IMG/VR virus record: IMGVR_UViG_3300009034_000001
Location: 1-64,000 of that record
Strand: one strand, 5' to 3'
DNA length: 64,000 nt
Of this stretch, positions 1 to 11,997 are shown piece after piece. How positions within the stretch are numbered: the stretch's first letter is position 1; each line of letters starts with the position of its first letter. The notes below the pieces were generated by a model. The model made no database searches and was not told where the DNA came from. It saw nothing but the letters and a program-made list of their open reading frames with translations. The translations under genes and the position numbers were made by a program.

Positions 1-1865
<1,865 letters not shown>

Positions 1866-2512
1866 TTCGTTACCTCCTTTACAGGCTGCTTCCTTCTTAA
1901 TATAATTTGTGTCTTACTATTTTTACAATTTTGATTAACACATAATTTCTTGCCAAATTGAGGATGAAATTCAAGTGTGAAATTCTCACAAGATTTACAA
2001 TACTCCATTTCAATAGCACCTCCCTTTCCCAATCATCGAATATCTCATTTATCTTTACTTGTAACATAGGTACAATATAGCTATAACAGCTGCACCATAC
2101 AGCATACAATGTATAACCCTTTGCAAGACAGGTCTAATATCTATGACTTGAGGCATACTACTATACCCATGTATCATAATACGCTCTTTCTTCATTAATC
2201 TATTAATCATTTCCCTCCATCCTAACTTTTTCTTTTTATCCATATCCCCTACCCTCACTTGTAAAATTTTGCAATCTATCCACGGAGGAAACACGTCACA
2301 GGATTCTATAATCCTTCTTGCTTGCAATGATTTGCCTAAGAAGTCTGTAGATTTATAGGTCACAACAATATATTTACCTAAATCAAAAGTACTGCCTTTT
2401 CCATAAGTCTTGCACATTAATTATAACCTCCAACTCAATAATTACTTATGCTTCCTTCTGCGGAGCCACTTTTTACGTTTACCCCTTGTCTTCCAAACTG
2501 GCATAATCTCAC

Positions 2513-3121
2513 CTAAATACGAAACATCCTTTTAGTTTTCTCATAGTGATTCCTATCGCAATCTTGCTGAATTTCCGCGGCCCACTCCATATAACGCATT
2601 ATATCCTCTCGCTCCCACTCGGAATATGATCTGCCCGAGTCGTCCTGTAAGGGAACAACCTTTTCAATTCTGTCTCTTGATATACGTGGTGGTTCTGATG
2701 GTCGGTGAACTCTACACCCAACAATCCTGTTCCTCATAATCCTCCACCACCTTTCCAACTCGTTGGATTCCTCATAATAATTCACATCACAATTCCACTG
2801 CATTTCTGCAGCGAGTATCATGTACTCCACCAAATCCTCTCGCTCCTGTTCAGAGTACACTCTACTCGAACAATCCTCAAACGGGATAGCGTTCTGCATC
2901 CTGTCCCTGGTCAAAACCGACGACTTCTCCGGAACGTTCTCCTTACATTGGGCGCAAATTTTATCTAACTCATCATCGAGATTGCATTCACAACAGCTCC
3001 AAACATCATCCAATTTTCTTTTTCCGTAATGGCCTTGGCCTTCCGGGAGAGGCCTTGCATGAGTTACAGGACATATTTCACAACCTTGCCTTTTAATTAT
3101 ATCATACCATGTTTCTCTCAT
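2513..3121 (-). CDS. Hypothetical protein with Cys-rich N-terminus and an internally duplicated ~47-aa domain
   Basis: TRDRMQNAIPFED..YSEQERED..YM..AAEMQ..CD.NYYE repeats as SRDRIEKVVPLQD..YSEWERED..YM..AAEIQ..CD.NHYE. Confidence 0.8.
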   Translation of the reverse strand: MRETWYDIIKRQGCEICPVTHARPLPEGQGHYGKRKLDDVWSCCECNLDDELDKICAQCKENVPEKSSVLTRDRMQNAIPFEDCSSRVYSEQEREDLVEYMILAAEMQWNCDVNYYEESNELERWWRIMRNRIVGCRVHRPSEPPRISRDRIEKVVPLQDDSGRSYSEWEREDIMRYMEWAAEIQQDCDRNHYEKTKRMFRI

Positions 3122-3538
3122 CTTGTTCTCCTTCTTACTAGGTATAACTCTCTTACTCTACCTCCTTCAGTGCGCCATTGCCAACGCAAACAATCTTCTC
3201 AATATGAATTATTCTAATCTTCTCCTCGCCGTAAACCTGAACTCCAATACTATCTTTATAAAATCTTATTGCTAGTCCACCTTTGCCATCTTTCAACAAG
3301 ACAGGCCCATTACTTTCTATTTCATCTACTTTCATGCTATCCCCTTCTATTTATTGATATAGTTAATTTCTTCTAGTATCTCAATCTCTTCTAGCTTCTG
3401 TTCAACAAGCCAAATTACAAGTTCTTTCAAACTACAATATGATCTCGCTTACCTGACAAATCAATTGCTTGTTTGGCTCTCTTTAGCTCTTCTAAACGAT
3501 CTTTTATTTGCCATCTCTCCATCAGTTCAACAGCCCCA

Positions 3539-3802
3539 TTAATAAATTCTGCCTACAATTAGCTTATTCCACATAGCCCAAAACTTATCGCCAAATGACT
3601 TCTTTTTGGAATAGTACTGGCACTTTCCATCTCTATTATCTACCTCTGGGTCCAGCTGTCTGTACGTATTAGCAAATGAGTTATCAGGTACATGTAAGGA
3701 ACACCATTCTATTACATAGTAACCACAATCTTCACAATACTTCTTACCTGGTTTCTTTATCTTCGGTAAGTGTCTAGGTTCCCATGCGCTTCCTTTTGCC
3801 AT
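3539..3802 (-). CDS. Hypothetical Cys-containing phage protein
   Basis: GGAGGTGA RBS; CxxC motif. Confidence 0.65.
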   Translation of the reverse strand: MAKGSAWEPRHLPKIKKPGKKYCEDCGYYVIEWCSLHVPDNSFANTYRQLDPEVDNRDGKCQYYSKKKSFGDKFWAMWNKLIVGRIY

Positions 3803-4615
3803 TCTAATTCACCTCCTATTTTTCCAGATTTCAACACATCAAATATGATAAGCAGGATATTCTCTCAAACTGCCATTATCAAACCAAACGAAGAGAGTTC
3901 CATAATCAAATGGCAGGGCTTTGATCCTAAAGTAATACTTTACTTTCTTCAATACAATAACCCTACCTACGTCTTTGGGTATTAGTATTAGTTCCATACC
4001 TTTCTACCTCTTTAGCCTTCTCCGTCTAAGAAAGGCTTTCTTTGCTTCTAGCTTCGTATCGCAAATTGGAGATAAGTGTCTCTCCGCCTCCTCGCCAATT
4101 TTTATATCAGGTTTTATACATAAAAGGTCACTACCTGGTCCAGTCCAGTAACCATACGCCCACTTGTATGGCAGCGGACCGCCTCCACATCTCCAAAAGA
4201 CTGGCTTTACTTGTAATCCCTTTTTAGCTAATTGTGTAAACATAGCCTTACCTGTACATCTTTTCATAACCACAGTCAAATGGCTCTACAATGGCTTTAC
4301 TTCATATGTTGTAAGTAAAAGTTCATCTTGTTCTGTAAGTCTATTAACATTGATATCGGTTGGATGCCACCTTGTCAGGTGTTCCGCATGTTGCTTCGTG
4401 CCAGCTTCCACTAAATAAACTTTACAAATAGTGATTATCTCTCGGACTTTAAATTTTGGCATGATCTACCTCACTTTTTGTATATCCTTTTGTGCGCCCC
4501 TTCTTCTTAGTTGACTTCTCAAGGAGTTCACCTCTGTTCCACCAAAAGCCTCCTACAAAATATGTTCTCCAATAAGTTGGTTTCCGATTAATCATCTCTT
4601 TACTTTTCACCTCCT

Positions 4616-4948
4616 TTAATCAACGGTAAACAATAGAACCGTTACATGTTCCACATCATTAAAATCTGGATACGCCCTTTTCATAGCGTGTAACAATCCC
4701 TTCATATTGCGGCAGGCTCGGTCATGCTCAACCGCTAGCCACTCAGAAGGAATAAGTATAAATGGTATAAGAGCTAAACCTACAACTTGCCCGGTTGCAA
4801 TTCTATATGAGGGATGATCCTCATAGCCAGTTTTAAATATTTCTAATGTGTCATTAAGTCTAGCTTGTTTAAACCATTTATCCCCTCTCCTGACCGTCAT
4901 ATTTAGTCCTTCTCGCAACTCTGGGTTTATAAATAAAAGTTTCATCAT
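4616..4948 (-). CDS. ASCH/PUA-like domain protein
   Basis: TVRRG motif and ..LLHAMKRAYP..VTVLLF C-terminus typical of ASCH-like phage proteins. Confidence 0.5.
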   Translation of the reverse strand: MMKLLFINPELREGLNMTVRRGDKWFKQARLNDTLEIFKTGYEDHPSYRIATGQVVGLALIPFILIPSEWLAVEHDRACRNMKGLLHAMKRAYPDFNDVEHVTVLLFTVD

Positions 4949-4981
4949 AAGCCTCCCATATTGTTTTTTTAAACTATCTCC

Positions 4982-5278
4982 CTATATCCATTCCTCTCCT
5001 CGATCTTCAAACTCCTTCTTACATTCTTGATAGCGTTTTAAACCCATTTCTTCAAGTTTGAAATAATCAAGTTTTAGATCTCTTGAAAGTCTATAACTTT
5101 GATGAATAATATCAGCTAATTCAGTTTCAATAAACTCTAAAGAAGCATCCAGCCTATCCGTTTGACGAATATATTGAGTAATAGCTCCTGCAAGATTGCC
5201 AAACTGTCTGGCCATTAAAGCAATTCTTAATAGAAGTTTTCTCTCGTCAATAATATTATTCACTTCCTTTATCTTCAA
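4982..5278 (-). CDS. MazG-like nucleotide pyrophosphohydrolase fold protein
   Basis: Small helical protein with ETELADII (EExD-like) motif; the first acidic motif looks degenerate. Confidence 0.5.
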   Translation of the reverse strand: MKIKEVNNIIDERKLLLRIALMARQFGNLAGAITQYIRQTDRLDASLEFIETELADIIHQSYRLSRDLKLDYFKLEEMGLKRYQECKKEFEDRGEEWI

Positions 5279-5669
5279 TGACTATTTTCTTCACATCCCA
5301 AAAAGAAGTCAACCTTCCTAAATGAATCCACATTGGATCACATTCACACTTCTGGCAACCTTTTGGTTTTGGAATATGAACAATTCCCGACGTGAAGATT
5401 TCCTCAGAATCATAGCCTGGTAACGTAAGGACATAACCAATATCACAATCCAGGTTCTCGTCAAAATCAGGGTCTTCCCATTCATACGTCCAAAAGATTT
5501 TAACTCTGGAACCAGGACCTACCTTTTCAGCGTCACATTCTGTTTTTGACCAATCTTCTTCAAAATCAACGGTATACTCTCGCCTAACTATTATGCCACA
5601 AGAAAACAAGACATCCTCTATGAGTTCCTTCATGTCTTTATTGTTACAAAAATTTGCAACCGGTTTCAT
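5256..5669 (-). CDS. Hypothetical acidic protein
   Basis: 137-aa ORF with GAGGAGG RBS. Confidence 0.65.
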   Translation of the reverse strand: MKPVANFCNNKDMKELIEDVLFSCGIIVRREYTVDFEEDWSKTECDAEKVGPGSRVKIFWTYEWEDPDFDENLDCDIGYVLTLPGYDSEEIFTSGIVHIPKPKGCQKCECDPMWIHLGRLTSFWDVKKIVIEDKGSE

Positions 5670-5924
5670 GACTTAGATTCCTCCTCTTCTGTCTAACATC
5701 ATCAAGTATAATCTATCTCACCCGACTCTTCCTAGAGATGTGGATTTCCTTTAATCGATCATATAGTAATTCTAAACTGACTTTAGTATCAGAATCTTCC
5801 AATGTAGTCCAACCACGCACAGAATCTGCCCGATACAAAGCCAGGTGTGCCACTATACCTATGTAAAGAATTACCGCTACTCCTAAAATCCAAAGTTCAA
5901 ACATAAACTCTCCTTTATGGATTT

Positions 5925-6068
5925 TTAATTTATTTTTCGTATTATTCGTATTATTCGTATTATCTTTTCTACAGTCAAAATAATAGCGCCGGCAACAGCA
6001 AAGGCAAATTTTTCATACCACGTCCATTCCGCATAGTCCTTGAGCACTCTACGGGCTTCATTTTTCAT
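5925..6068 (-). CDS. Small membrane peptide (47 aa) with IIR x3 repeat
   Basis: Manual translation MKNEARRVLKDYAEWTWYEKFAFAVAGAIILTVEKIIRIIRIIRKIN; GGAGG RBS; 9-bp tandem repeat at 5936-5963. Confidence 0.6.
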   Translation of the reverse strand: MKNEARRVLKDYAEWTWYEKFAFAVAGAIILTVEKIIRIIRIIRKIN

Positions 6069-6327
6069 AATACCTCCTTCAAGGATAGTTCTAAACTATC
6101 ACTTTTATTTAATCTAATGCCCAGTCGTTTTCTAACTCTGCTTTAGTAAGCACAAATCCTTTACGCGACACTTGTATAAGGATCTTGTCATTATGATAAA
6201 TCCTTAATATACTTCCAAACTGACTTCCATACTTTGCTACATGCCATTCTAACGCACGTGGACTGGTCTCTTTACATTTTATATGACATCCTTCCCACAT
6301 TTAGCTTGGCTCCTTTCTATGTTCATT

Positions 6328-6573
6328 CTAGCTTCCATCTGGACTAACTGAAGATCGTCGAAGTAGAAACTTCGGACATTCCCAAACAGGTAATGTTAAA
6401 TCCTCTGCAAGACAAACAGCATAAACCAAATTGGCAATGCGGCACTTCTTTTCTGGAACATCGTTTGGATCAAACCTAGCACAGCTATAGCATAAACAAT
6501 GGGTTCTATGTTTGCCTTTGAGTTCCGTTCTTACCCAAACCTTCTTTCTGTGGTGTTCATACTCTTCAAACAT
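6328..6573 (-). CDS. Cys-rich hypothetical protein (probable metal binding)
   Basis: HCLCYSC...C...C...WECP; GGAGG RBS. Confidence 0.7.
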   Translation of the reverse strand: MFEEYEHHRKKVWVRTELKGKHRTHCLCYSCARFDPNDVPEKKCRIANLVYAVCLAEDLTLPVWECPKFLLRRSSVSPDGS

Positions 6574-6582
6574 AATTACCTC

Positions 6583-7317
6583 CTATTTAGACTTTTTTTT
6601 CAAAAACATTTCCAGAGCAGCTTGTTTAATACATTTGGTATATCTCGACCACATACCTTCTTTCTTACAATAACTTCGTACTTTCTTGATGTTGTCATCC
6701 TTTACTAAATGATGCTCACATCCTATGCACTTCTTAATAATCCTTTTGTGTCGCCTAAGACTGGATTCCTTGCACATATTAACAAAGTTTTTGAATATTA
6801 CCGAGCCGCATTTACTAAGTTCCGGATGAAACTGAACACCATATATGGGTAATGTTTCATGTTTTATGCCGGCAATTTGGCAACGATGTGTCTTGGCTAT
6901 AATCATGAAACGTTTAGGCTTCGTCAAAATACTATCTCTATGAAACATCCATACCACTTCGGTCTTATTCAGTTCTTTAAAGAGTGGAACGTGTACTATC
7001 ATGGATACATCAACATAGCCATACTCAGCCCTTATTCCAACATGGCTGTGATGCATAACTGCAACCAATTGAGCACCTAAACAAATACCCAATACCGGAA
7101 CATTTAATTTAAAAATTTTATGGTCAATCAAATGAGGTTGAACACTTGGAATATCACCAAGACTACCGGACAGGATGAGTCCTGCAACGTGATGTGTATT
7201 TGACAAAGGTGCAACTGGGTCAACAATCATAGGTTTTCCGCCTGCATGAAAAACTCGTTCTGCTACTAATTGTGCATAAACATTTGCAAAGTTTAAGACC
7301 AAAATATGTTTCTGCAT
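6583..7317 (-). CDS. GMP synthase-like class I glutamine amidotransferase subunit with Cys-rich C-terminal extension
   Basis: GICLGAQ nucleophile, AEYG, VWMFHRD and GVQFHPE (His-Glu); no ATP-PPase domain. Confidence 0.88.
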   Translation of the reverse strand: MQKHILVLNFANVYAQLVAERVFHAGGKPMIVDPVAPLSNTHHVAGLILSGSLGDIPSVQPHLIDHKIFKLNVPVLGICLGAQLVAVMHHSHVGIRAEYGYVDVSMIVHVPLFKELNKTEVVWMFHRDSILTKPKRFMIIAKTHRCQIAGIKHETLPIYGVQFHPELSKCGSVIFKNFVNMCKESSLRRHKRIIKKCIGCEHHLVKDDNIKKVRSYCKKEGMWSRYTKCIKQAALEMFLKKKSK

Positions 7318-7330
7318 ACTAGGCCACCAA

Positions 7331-8515
7331 TTAAGACCAATCCCAACACATTATATTTTGAGTAGTATGGTAGTCTTCCATATAATTTGGATCACTGCCT
7401 TTCCTAATAATTACATCACATGCTTGTTTATCTTCGGGTATTACAATCTCCCCTTCCTCTTTACCAAGTTTGTTCCTTTCCGCTTCGACATCTAAAACCA
7501 ACTTTTGAAACGAAAAGAAATTTGTGTTGTGTGTAGTACCAAAAGCGTGTCGCATCATATGGAATCCAACATGTCGCAAGAAAGCCCTACACTTTATTCC
7601 CTCTTCAAGTGATTCGGAATTTAAGTATGGCTGATGAGTACTACCTGCAGACTGCATAGCTGGAAGTTTGGTTACCTCCATATTTAGATGTGCCATCGCT
7701 GCATTCATCATTGCGTGCTGTATTGATCCAAACATCATATAATAATTCTTCGTGGGACAAGGAAAACCATAGTGAATACAAGTTACCTCCGGGCAGACCG
7801 TCTGAGCGACAACAATCATAAACAAGACTTCGGCATGGCAAAGAGTGAGAAGGCCCTCTGGCGTCTGCGGTGCGTTTGTCCCAGACATAGGCATAGTACT
7901 TAAACCCAGGTTAGCACCTAATCTTGCACTCCTAACAATGCCGCCCATCTTTTCTGGGATTTCAGTCAGCGGTGACTCAACGCCACAAAAGATATGAACC
8001 CAATCCGGACTAACAAATTGACTTACCTCTTTATCACCCATCTCTGCCATCGAAATACCTTTCAGGAAGTCATTTGGCAGGTTATCATGCATTATTCGAG
8101 CCATTCTATACAGGTTACCATTTGGCACTCCAATTGGGGTATGGCTAAATTTAATTACATCGGTATTATTAGCAATATAATCTACCGCCCATTTTAGATC
8201 TGTATAAGTCGCTGGACGAACTTCCTGATTTATAAAATAACCTTCTTCATGTATAGCAGGCTTCTCTTCAATCAATTGTAATCGACCACCAAGCCCAAAG
8301 GAGTTTCTGCCCGGATCAACTTTCAGTTTCTTTGGCGCTCGGTCTATACATTCCTGCGTATAATCTTTCAGTATATGGATGTGCCCCGTTTTCTCATCGT
8401 AGCCGGCCATACCAGTACCTTCTAAGATAGTTCTAATGTCCTTTGAGAACAGTTTGAAGCCTGCCTCTTCAAGGACTTTCTTTGCGTTACTGTGAATCCT
8501 TTCGTACGTTTGCAC
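7331..8515 (-). CDS. MttB (trimethylamine methyltransferase) superfamily protein, no pyrrolysine codon
   Basis: RIHSNAKKVLEEAG N-terminus, SPL, MPMSGTNAPQTPEGLLTLCHAEVL, FGS, FSFQKLVLD, YMEDYHT. No in-frame TAG. Confidence 0.82.
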   Translation of the reverse strand: MQTYERIHSNAKKVLEEAGFKLFSKDIRTILEGTGMAGYDEKTGHIHILKDYTQECIDRAPKKLKVDPGRNSFGLGGRLQLIEEKPAIHEEGYFINQEVRPATYTDLKWAVDYIANNTDVIKFSHTPIGVPNGNLYRMARIMHDNLPNDFLKGISMAEMGDKEVSQFVSPDWVHIFCGVESPLTEIPEKMGGIVRSARLGANLGLSTMPMSGTNAPQTPEGLLTLCHAEVLFMIVVAQTVCPEVTCIHYGFPCPTKNYYMMFGSIQHAMMNAAMAHLNMEVTKLPAMQSAGSTHQPYLNSESLEEGIKCRAFLRHVGFHMMRHAFGTTHNTNFFSFQKLVLDVEAERNKLGKEEGEIVIPEDKQACDVIIRKGSDPNYMEDYHTTQNIMCWDWS

Positions 8516-8655
8516 TTGGCTACTCCGCTAACGACTTACAAAGTGTTACGAACTCCTGTTTCGTCTTTACCTTCTTAACAACCTCTTCTAACCTGTCACC
8601 AACCCAAGCTTGTAGATAAGCCTTGTGTTTTACAAGTTCTTTTATTTGTTTTGTG

Positions 8656-9009
8656 TCACAATGCTTTTCCATCTTTTCCCTCCATAAAGTTTTTAATTTC
8701 TTTAGCAATAATGTTAGCCTCTTCGTATGCCTGTTCGCCTTTTGATCGGCTTTTCAAAAGAAACTTCACTGGTGACATAGCACAATCCGTCAACACAAGA
8801 ACATCCCAGGTGAACCCAACATGGCAGGCATCACAATAATAAAGTAAAATGGGTAGATTATTAAGAAGATGAACATCCGCCCGAAAATAAATCGTAAAAG
8901 GTTTTACCCCATGGCCACGACAACTATTTTCTGTCTTTAGACCCGGGATTTCATTTATAGCATCACACAACCGGATACATTCGTTTTCCATATTATCATC
9001 ATAATCCAT
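8656..9009 (-). CDS. SCxGH-motif protein (TYW3/Taw3 N-terminal-like), copy 1
   Basis: CIRLCDAINEIPGLKTENSCRGHG. Confidence 0.6.
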   Translation of the reverse strand: MDYDDNMENECIRLCDAINEIPGLKTENSCRGHGVKPFTIYFRADVHLLNNLPILLYYCDACHVGFTWDVLVLTDCAMSPVKFLLKSRSKGEQAYEEANIIAKEIKNFMEGKDGKAL

Positions 9010-9292
9010 ACAGAAAGAACCACCCCTGTCCTTTAACGGAGTTAATCATTTTATCAACTACCTTATCAACCTTTCTTGCAACCTTATAATCAGGACAAAT
9101 TATAAGCTCCCTCCCATCCTCAAGTACGATATTTCCAGGACGTTTCCCATGGCCACAGCATGAAGCAACCGTCTTAATGCCTTTCCGATTCAAAGCTAAT
9201 ACCAATTCCGAAATACATCGATCCACATTATATAGCTTGCCTGACGAACTTACTAATACAGTATCTCCCCATTTACACATTTCCGTAAACAC
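8999..9292 (-). CDS. SCxGH-motif protein, copy 2
   Basis: VDRCISELVLALNRKGIKTVASCCGHG. Confidence 0.65.
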   Translation of the reverse strand: MFTEMCKWGDTVLVSSSGKLYNVDRCISELVLALNRKGIKTVASCCGHGKRPGNIVLEDGRELIICPDYKVARKVDKVVDKMINSVKGQGWFFLYGL

Positions 9293-9319
9293 CTGCCTCC
9301 TTTTAACTGGAACAAAGTT

Positions 9320-10081
9320 CTATATCTTGCTCAGAATCTCAACGCCGTTTTCTGTTATAGCAACACAATGCTCAAAATGAGCTGACAAATTGCTATCTTT
9401 GGTCACCACCGTCCAGCCATCGGAAAGTATCTCTACCTCGCTCGTGCCAACATTTGCCATGGGTTCAATAGCCAAAATCATTCCATACCTCAAACGTGGT
9501 CCGTGTCCGGGCTTACCAAAGTTTGGAATCTCGGGTGCTTCATGAAGTGACTTACCGATACCGTGGCCCACAAATTTTCTCACTACTGAAAATCCTTTAG
9601 ACTCTATGTATTCCTGAATAGCAAATGATATGTCAGAAACTCTATTGTTATCTACAGCCTTTTCGATACCTAAGTAAAGCGCCTGTTCGGTTGCCTCTAT
9701 TAAAAGAGCAGTCTCTTTTGAAACTACACCCACCGGTACGGTAATAGCGGCATCTCCAAAATATCCATCGTACAATACGCCAAAGTCAAGACTAATAATA
9801 TCTCCATCTTTTAATATTCGTTTAGAAGGTATACCATGTACCACCTCTTCGTTAACCGAAGTGCATAAACTATGAGAGTATCCCATGTAACCTTTAAATG
9901 CAGGAAACGCACTCATCTCCATGCAAAGCCTCTCACAACGATCATTTAATTCTATTGTTGTAACACCGGGCTTTACTAAAGATTTAATTGCGTCCAGTAT
10001 CTCTGCAACAATAGCATTACTTTTCCTCACCCTCTCAATCTCCGAAGGAGATTTTAAGATAATCAGTTTCTTGGTATCCAT
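9320..10081 (-). CDS. map: Type I methionine aminopeptidase
   Basis: CTSVNEEVVHGIP, SLDFG, GDAA, GHGIG..LHE.P, AIEPM, SAHFEH; all metal ligands present. Confidence 0.97.
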   Translation of the reverse strand: MDTKKLIILKSPSEIERVRKSNAIVAEILDAIKSLVKPGVTTIELNDRCERLCMEMSAFPAFKGYMGYSHSLCTSVNEEVVHGIPSKRILKDGDIISLDFGVLYDGYFGDAAITVPVGVVSKETALLIEATEQALYLGIEKAVDNNRVSDISFAIQEYIESKGFSVVRKFVGHGIGKSLHEAPEIPNFGKPGHGPRLRYGMILAIEPMANVGTSEVEILSDGWTVVTKDSNLSAHFEHCVAITENGVEILSKI

Positions 10082-10484
10082 AGGCTTATCACAACTCTTG
10101 TGTTATCTTTTTACTTAAAAAACAAGCGATATCCAAACGGCTATAAGTATTGCACACACATAATAAGTCAAAGTTCGAATGCTAACACCTTTTGGTTCCA
10201 TTGGTTTGTACTGCTCTCCGCGTCTTCCATCACGGATAATATGTTTACCCTGAAACAATCTGGAATCATCTCCGTAAAGTCTATGGTTATAGTTTGGTCT
10301 TACTCTTCTCATTTTCCGAGCTCCATGACCGTAATCCCTTTATCATATAACTTATTATCCGCGTCAGTATGTACATTAAAATAATCATACAAAGCTAACT
10401 TTAGAGTTGATAGACTAAACCAACCCTGATGTGCGGAGTCATAAAATTTTTCTGCATCAACCAAAACTAAAAACGCTCTTGTTT

Positions 10485-10970
10485 TCATTTTTGTTCTCCT
10501 TTAGAACAACTTTGTTCGATAATGCTAGTGGTGGAAGCTCCCTTTACATAATGTAAGCTTATAACCTCGCCGCCATGATTCTTAACAACGTCGGCTCCAA
10601 TAATGTTCTCCACTGACCAGTCGCCACCTTTCACCAGCACATGAGGTACAAGCGACTCAACCACTCTCAGGGGATCCAATTCATCAAAAATTACCACACT
10701 GTCAACACATTGAAGTGCAGCCAATACCTCTGCCCGCTCATCTTGAGGAACCAAGGGTCTTCCCTCGCCTTTTATGGCTCTTGCGGAGCTATCACTATTT
10801 ATGGCTACAATCAGATGATCACCACAGGTCTTAGCTTCTGCAAGATATCGAACATGGCCTACATGTAAAATATCAAAGCAGCCATTGGTAAGAACGACGT
10901 GCTTTCCCTCACCCTTGAGTTGGACAACTAAACGTTTCAACTCTTCTAAGCTTTTAATCTTCTTTCTCAT
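10485..10970 (-). CDS. rfaE2: D-glycero-beta-D-manno-heptose 1-phosphate adenylyltransferase (HldE C-terminal domain)
   Basis: TNGCFDILHVGH, NSDSS..KG.GRP, LVKGGDW, GASTT. Confidence 0.92.
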   Translation of the reverse strand: MRKKIKSLEELKRLVVQLKGEGKHVVLTNGCFDILHVGHVRYLAEAKTCGDHLIVAINSDSSARAIKGEGRPLVPQDERAEVLAALQCVDSVVIFDELDPLRVVESLVPHVLVKGGDWSVENIIGADVVKNHGGEVISLHYVKGASTTSIIEQSCSKGEQK

Positions 10971-11997
10971 AATCTGAACAATAACCTCTTACACTTTTCA
11001 CACTTTTAAATTTTCCAAAACATGCGACGGCGTATTAGCCATTTCCATTTAGAAACTCGCATGCTAGTTCCTGGCTCAGTTGACCCACGTTGTCTCATTC
11101 TATAACGAATTGCAAGTCCTCTATCCTGTGTAAGTTTGTCCTGACAAATGACGGTTCGATGAGTTGTAATTAGACTTCCTCCTCAGTATGCCTGTGGAAG
11201 AAGTTTTATTGTCAACCTTATACCAACAGAATAAAAGTAGTCGACAAAGCCACCATTTCCACTTAGGCACAACATGATTATCAATGCAGTAAACAAAGTC
11301 ATATCCAACAAATTCAGGTTCACCTAAGCTCATATCTCATTTCCTCCATTTTTAGTGCTAGTGTGAGCGCTTTTTACAACGACCTTGTGATTCTTTATAA
11401 AGAAATGAATCACATCATTACATTTAGCACACTTAAAACTAATCCTTGTGAAGTCACCATTCATGTCACACGAGAATGGAATTAGAAAGCCTTTGCATGT
11501 AAATGGTGGCTTCCTCTCCACTATCCTCTCACAGACAGCATGATAGTAGTAAGTGTTCTCAACACTTTTTATGGGTTTGAAGTACATTTCTACATGCCTC
11601 CTTTATAATCAATGGTCTTATCTCAACTTTAGTTTAATAAGCCAGAACGGAACAACAATTGGCCACAGAAGAGGAATCAGTCCGAAGAATACAATTTTAA
11701 AACCTAACCTAAGATCGCCCGGACCAAGTGCTCCCCAGAGTATATAAAACAATAACAAGCAGCCCAAGGTCACGCAAACTCCGATACCATAGACAATTCC
11801 GCCTAAGAACAGTAAAGTTTCAAACATTCCGTTAATTCTCCTTTCGTTTACGACGCGTTCTTTTATCTTTTGAAACAGACCGCCCGGTAGAGAAATCCTT
11901 CAATGCACTAAGATCAGCCTGACGATAAAGATAATTACTTGAATTTATATCATCCCAAGTCAAATCCGTTGGACCTGGTTTTCTAACTATAAAGAAT

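Noticed and set aside
3809-3997. UGA readthrough in a small ORF (..YHI*CVEIWKNRR*)
   Set aside because: No downstream hairpin; the 52-aa ORF can simply end at the first TGA.
7331-8515. Pyrrolysine-containing MttB
   Set aside because: No in-frame TAG; the ORF is open through the expected region.
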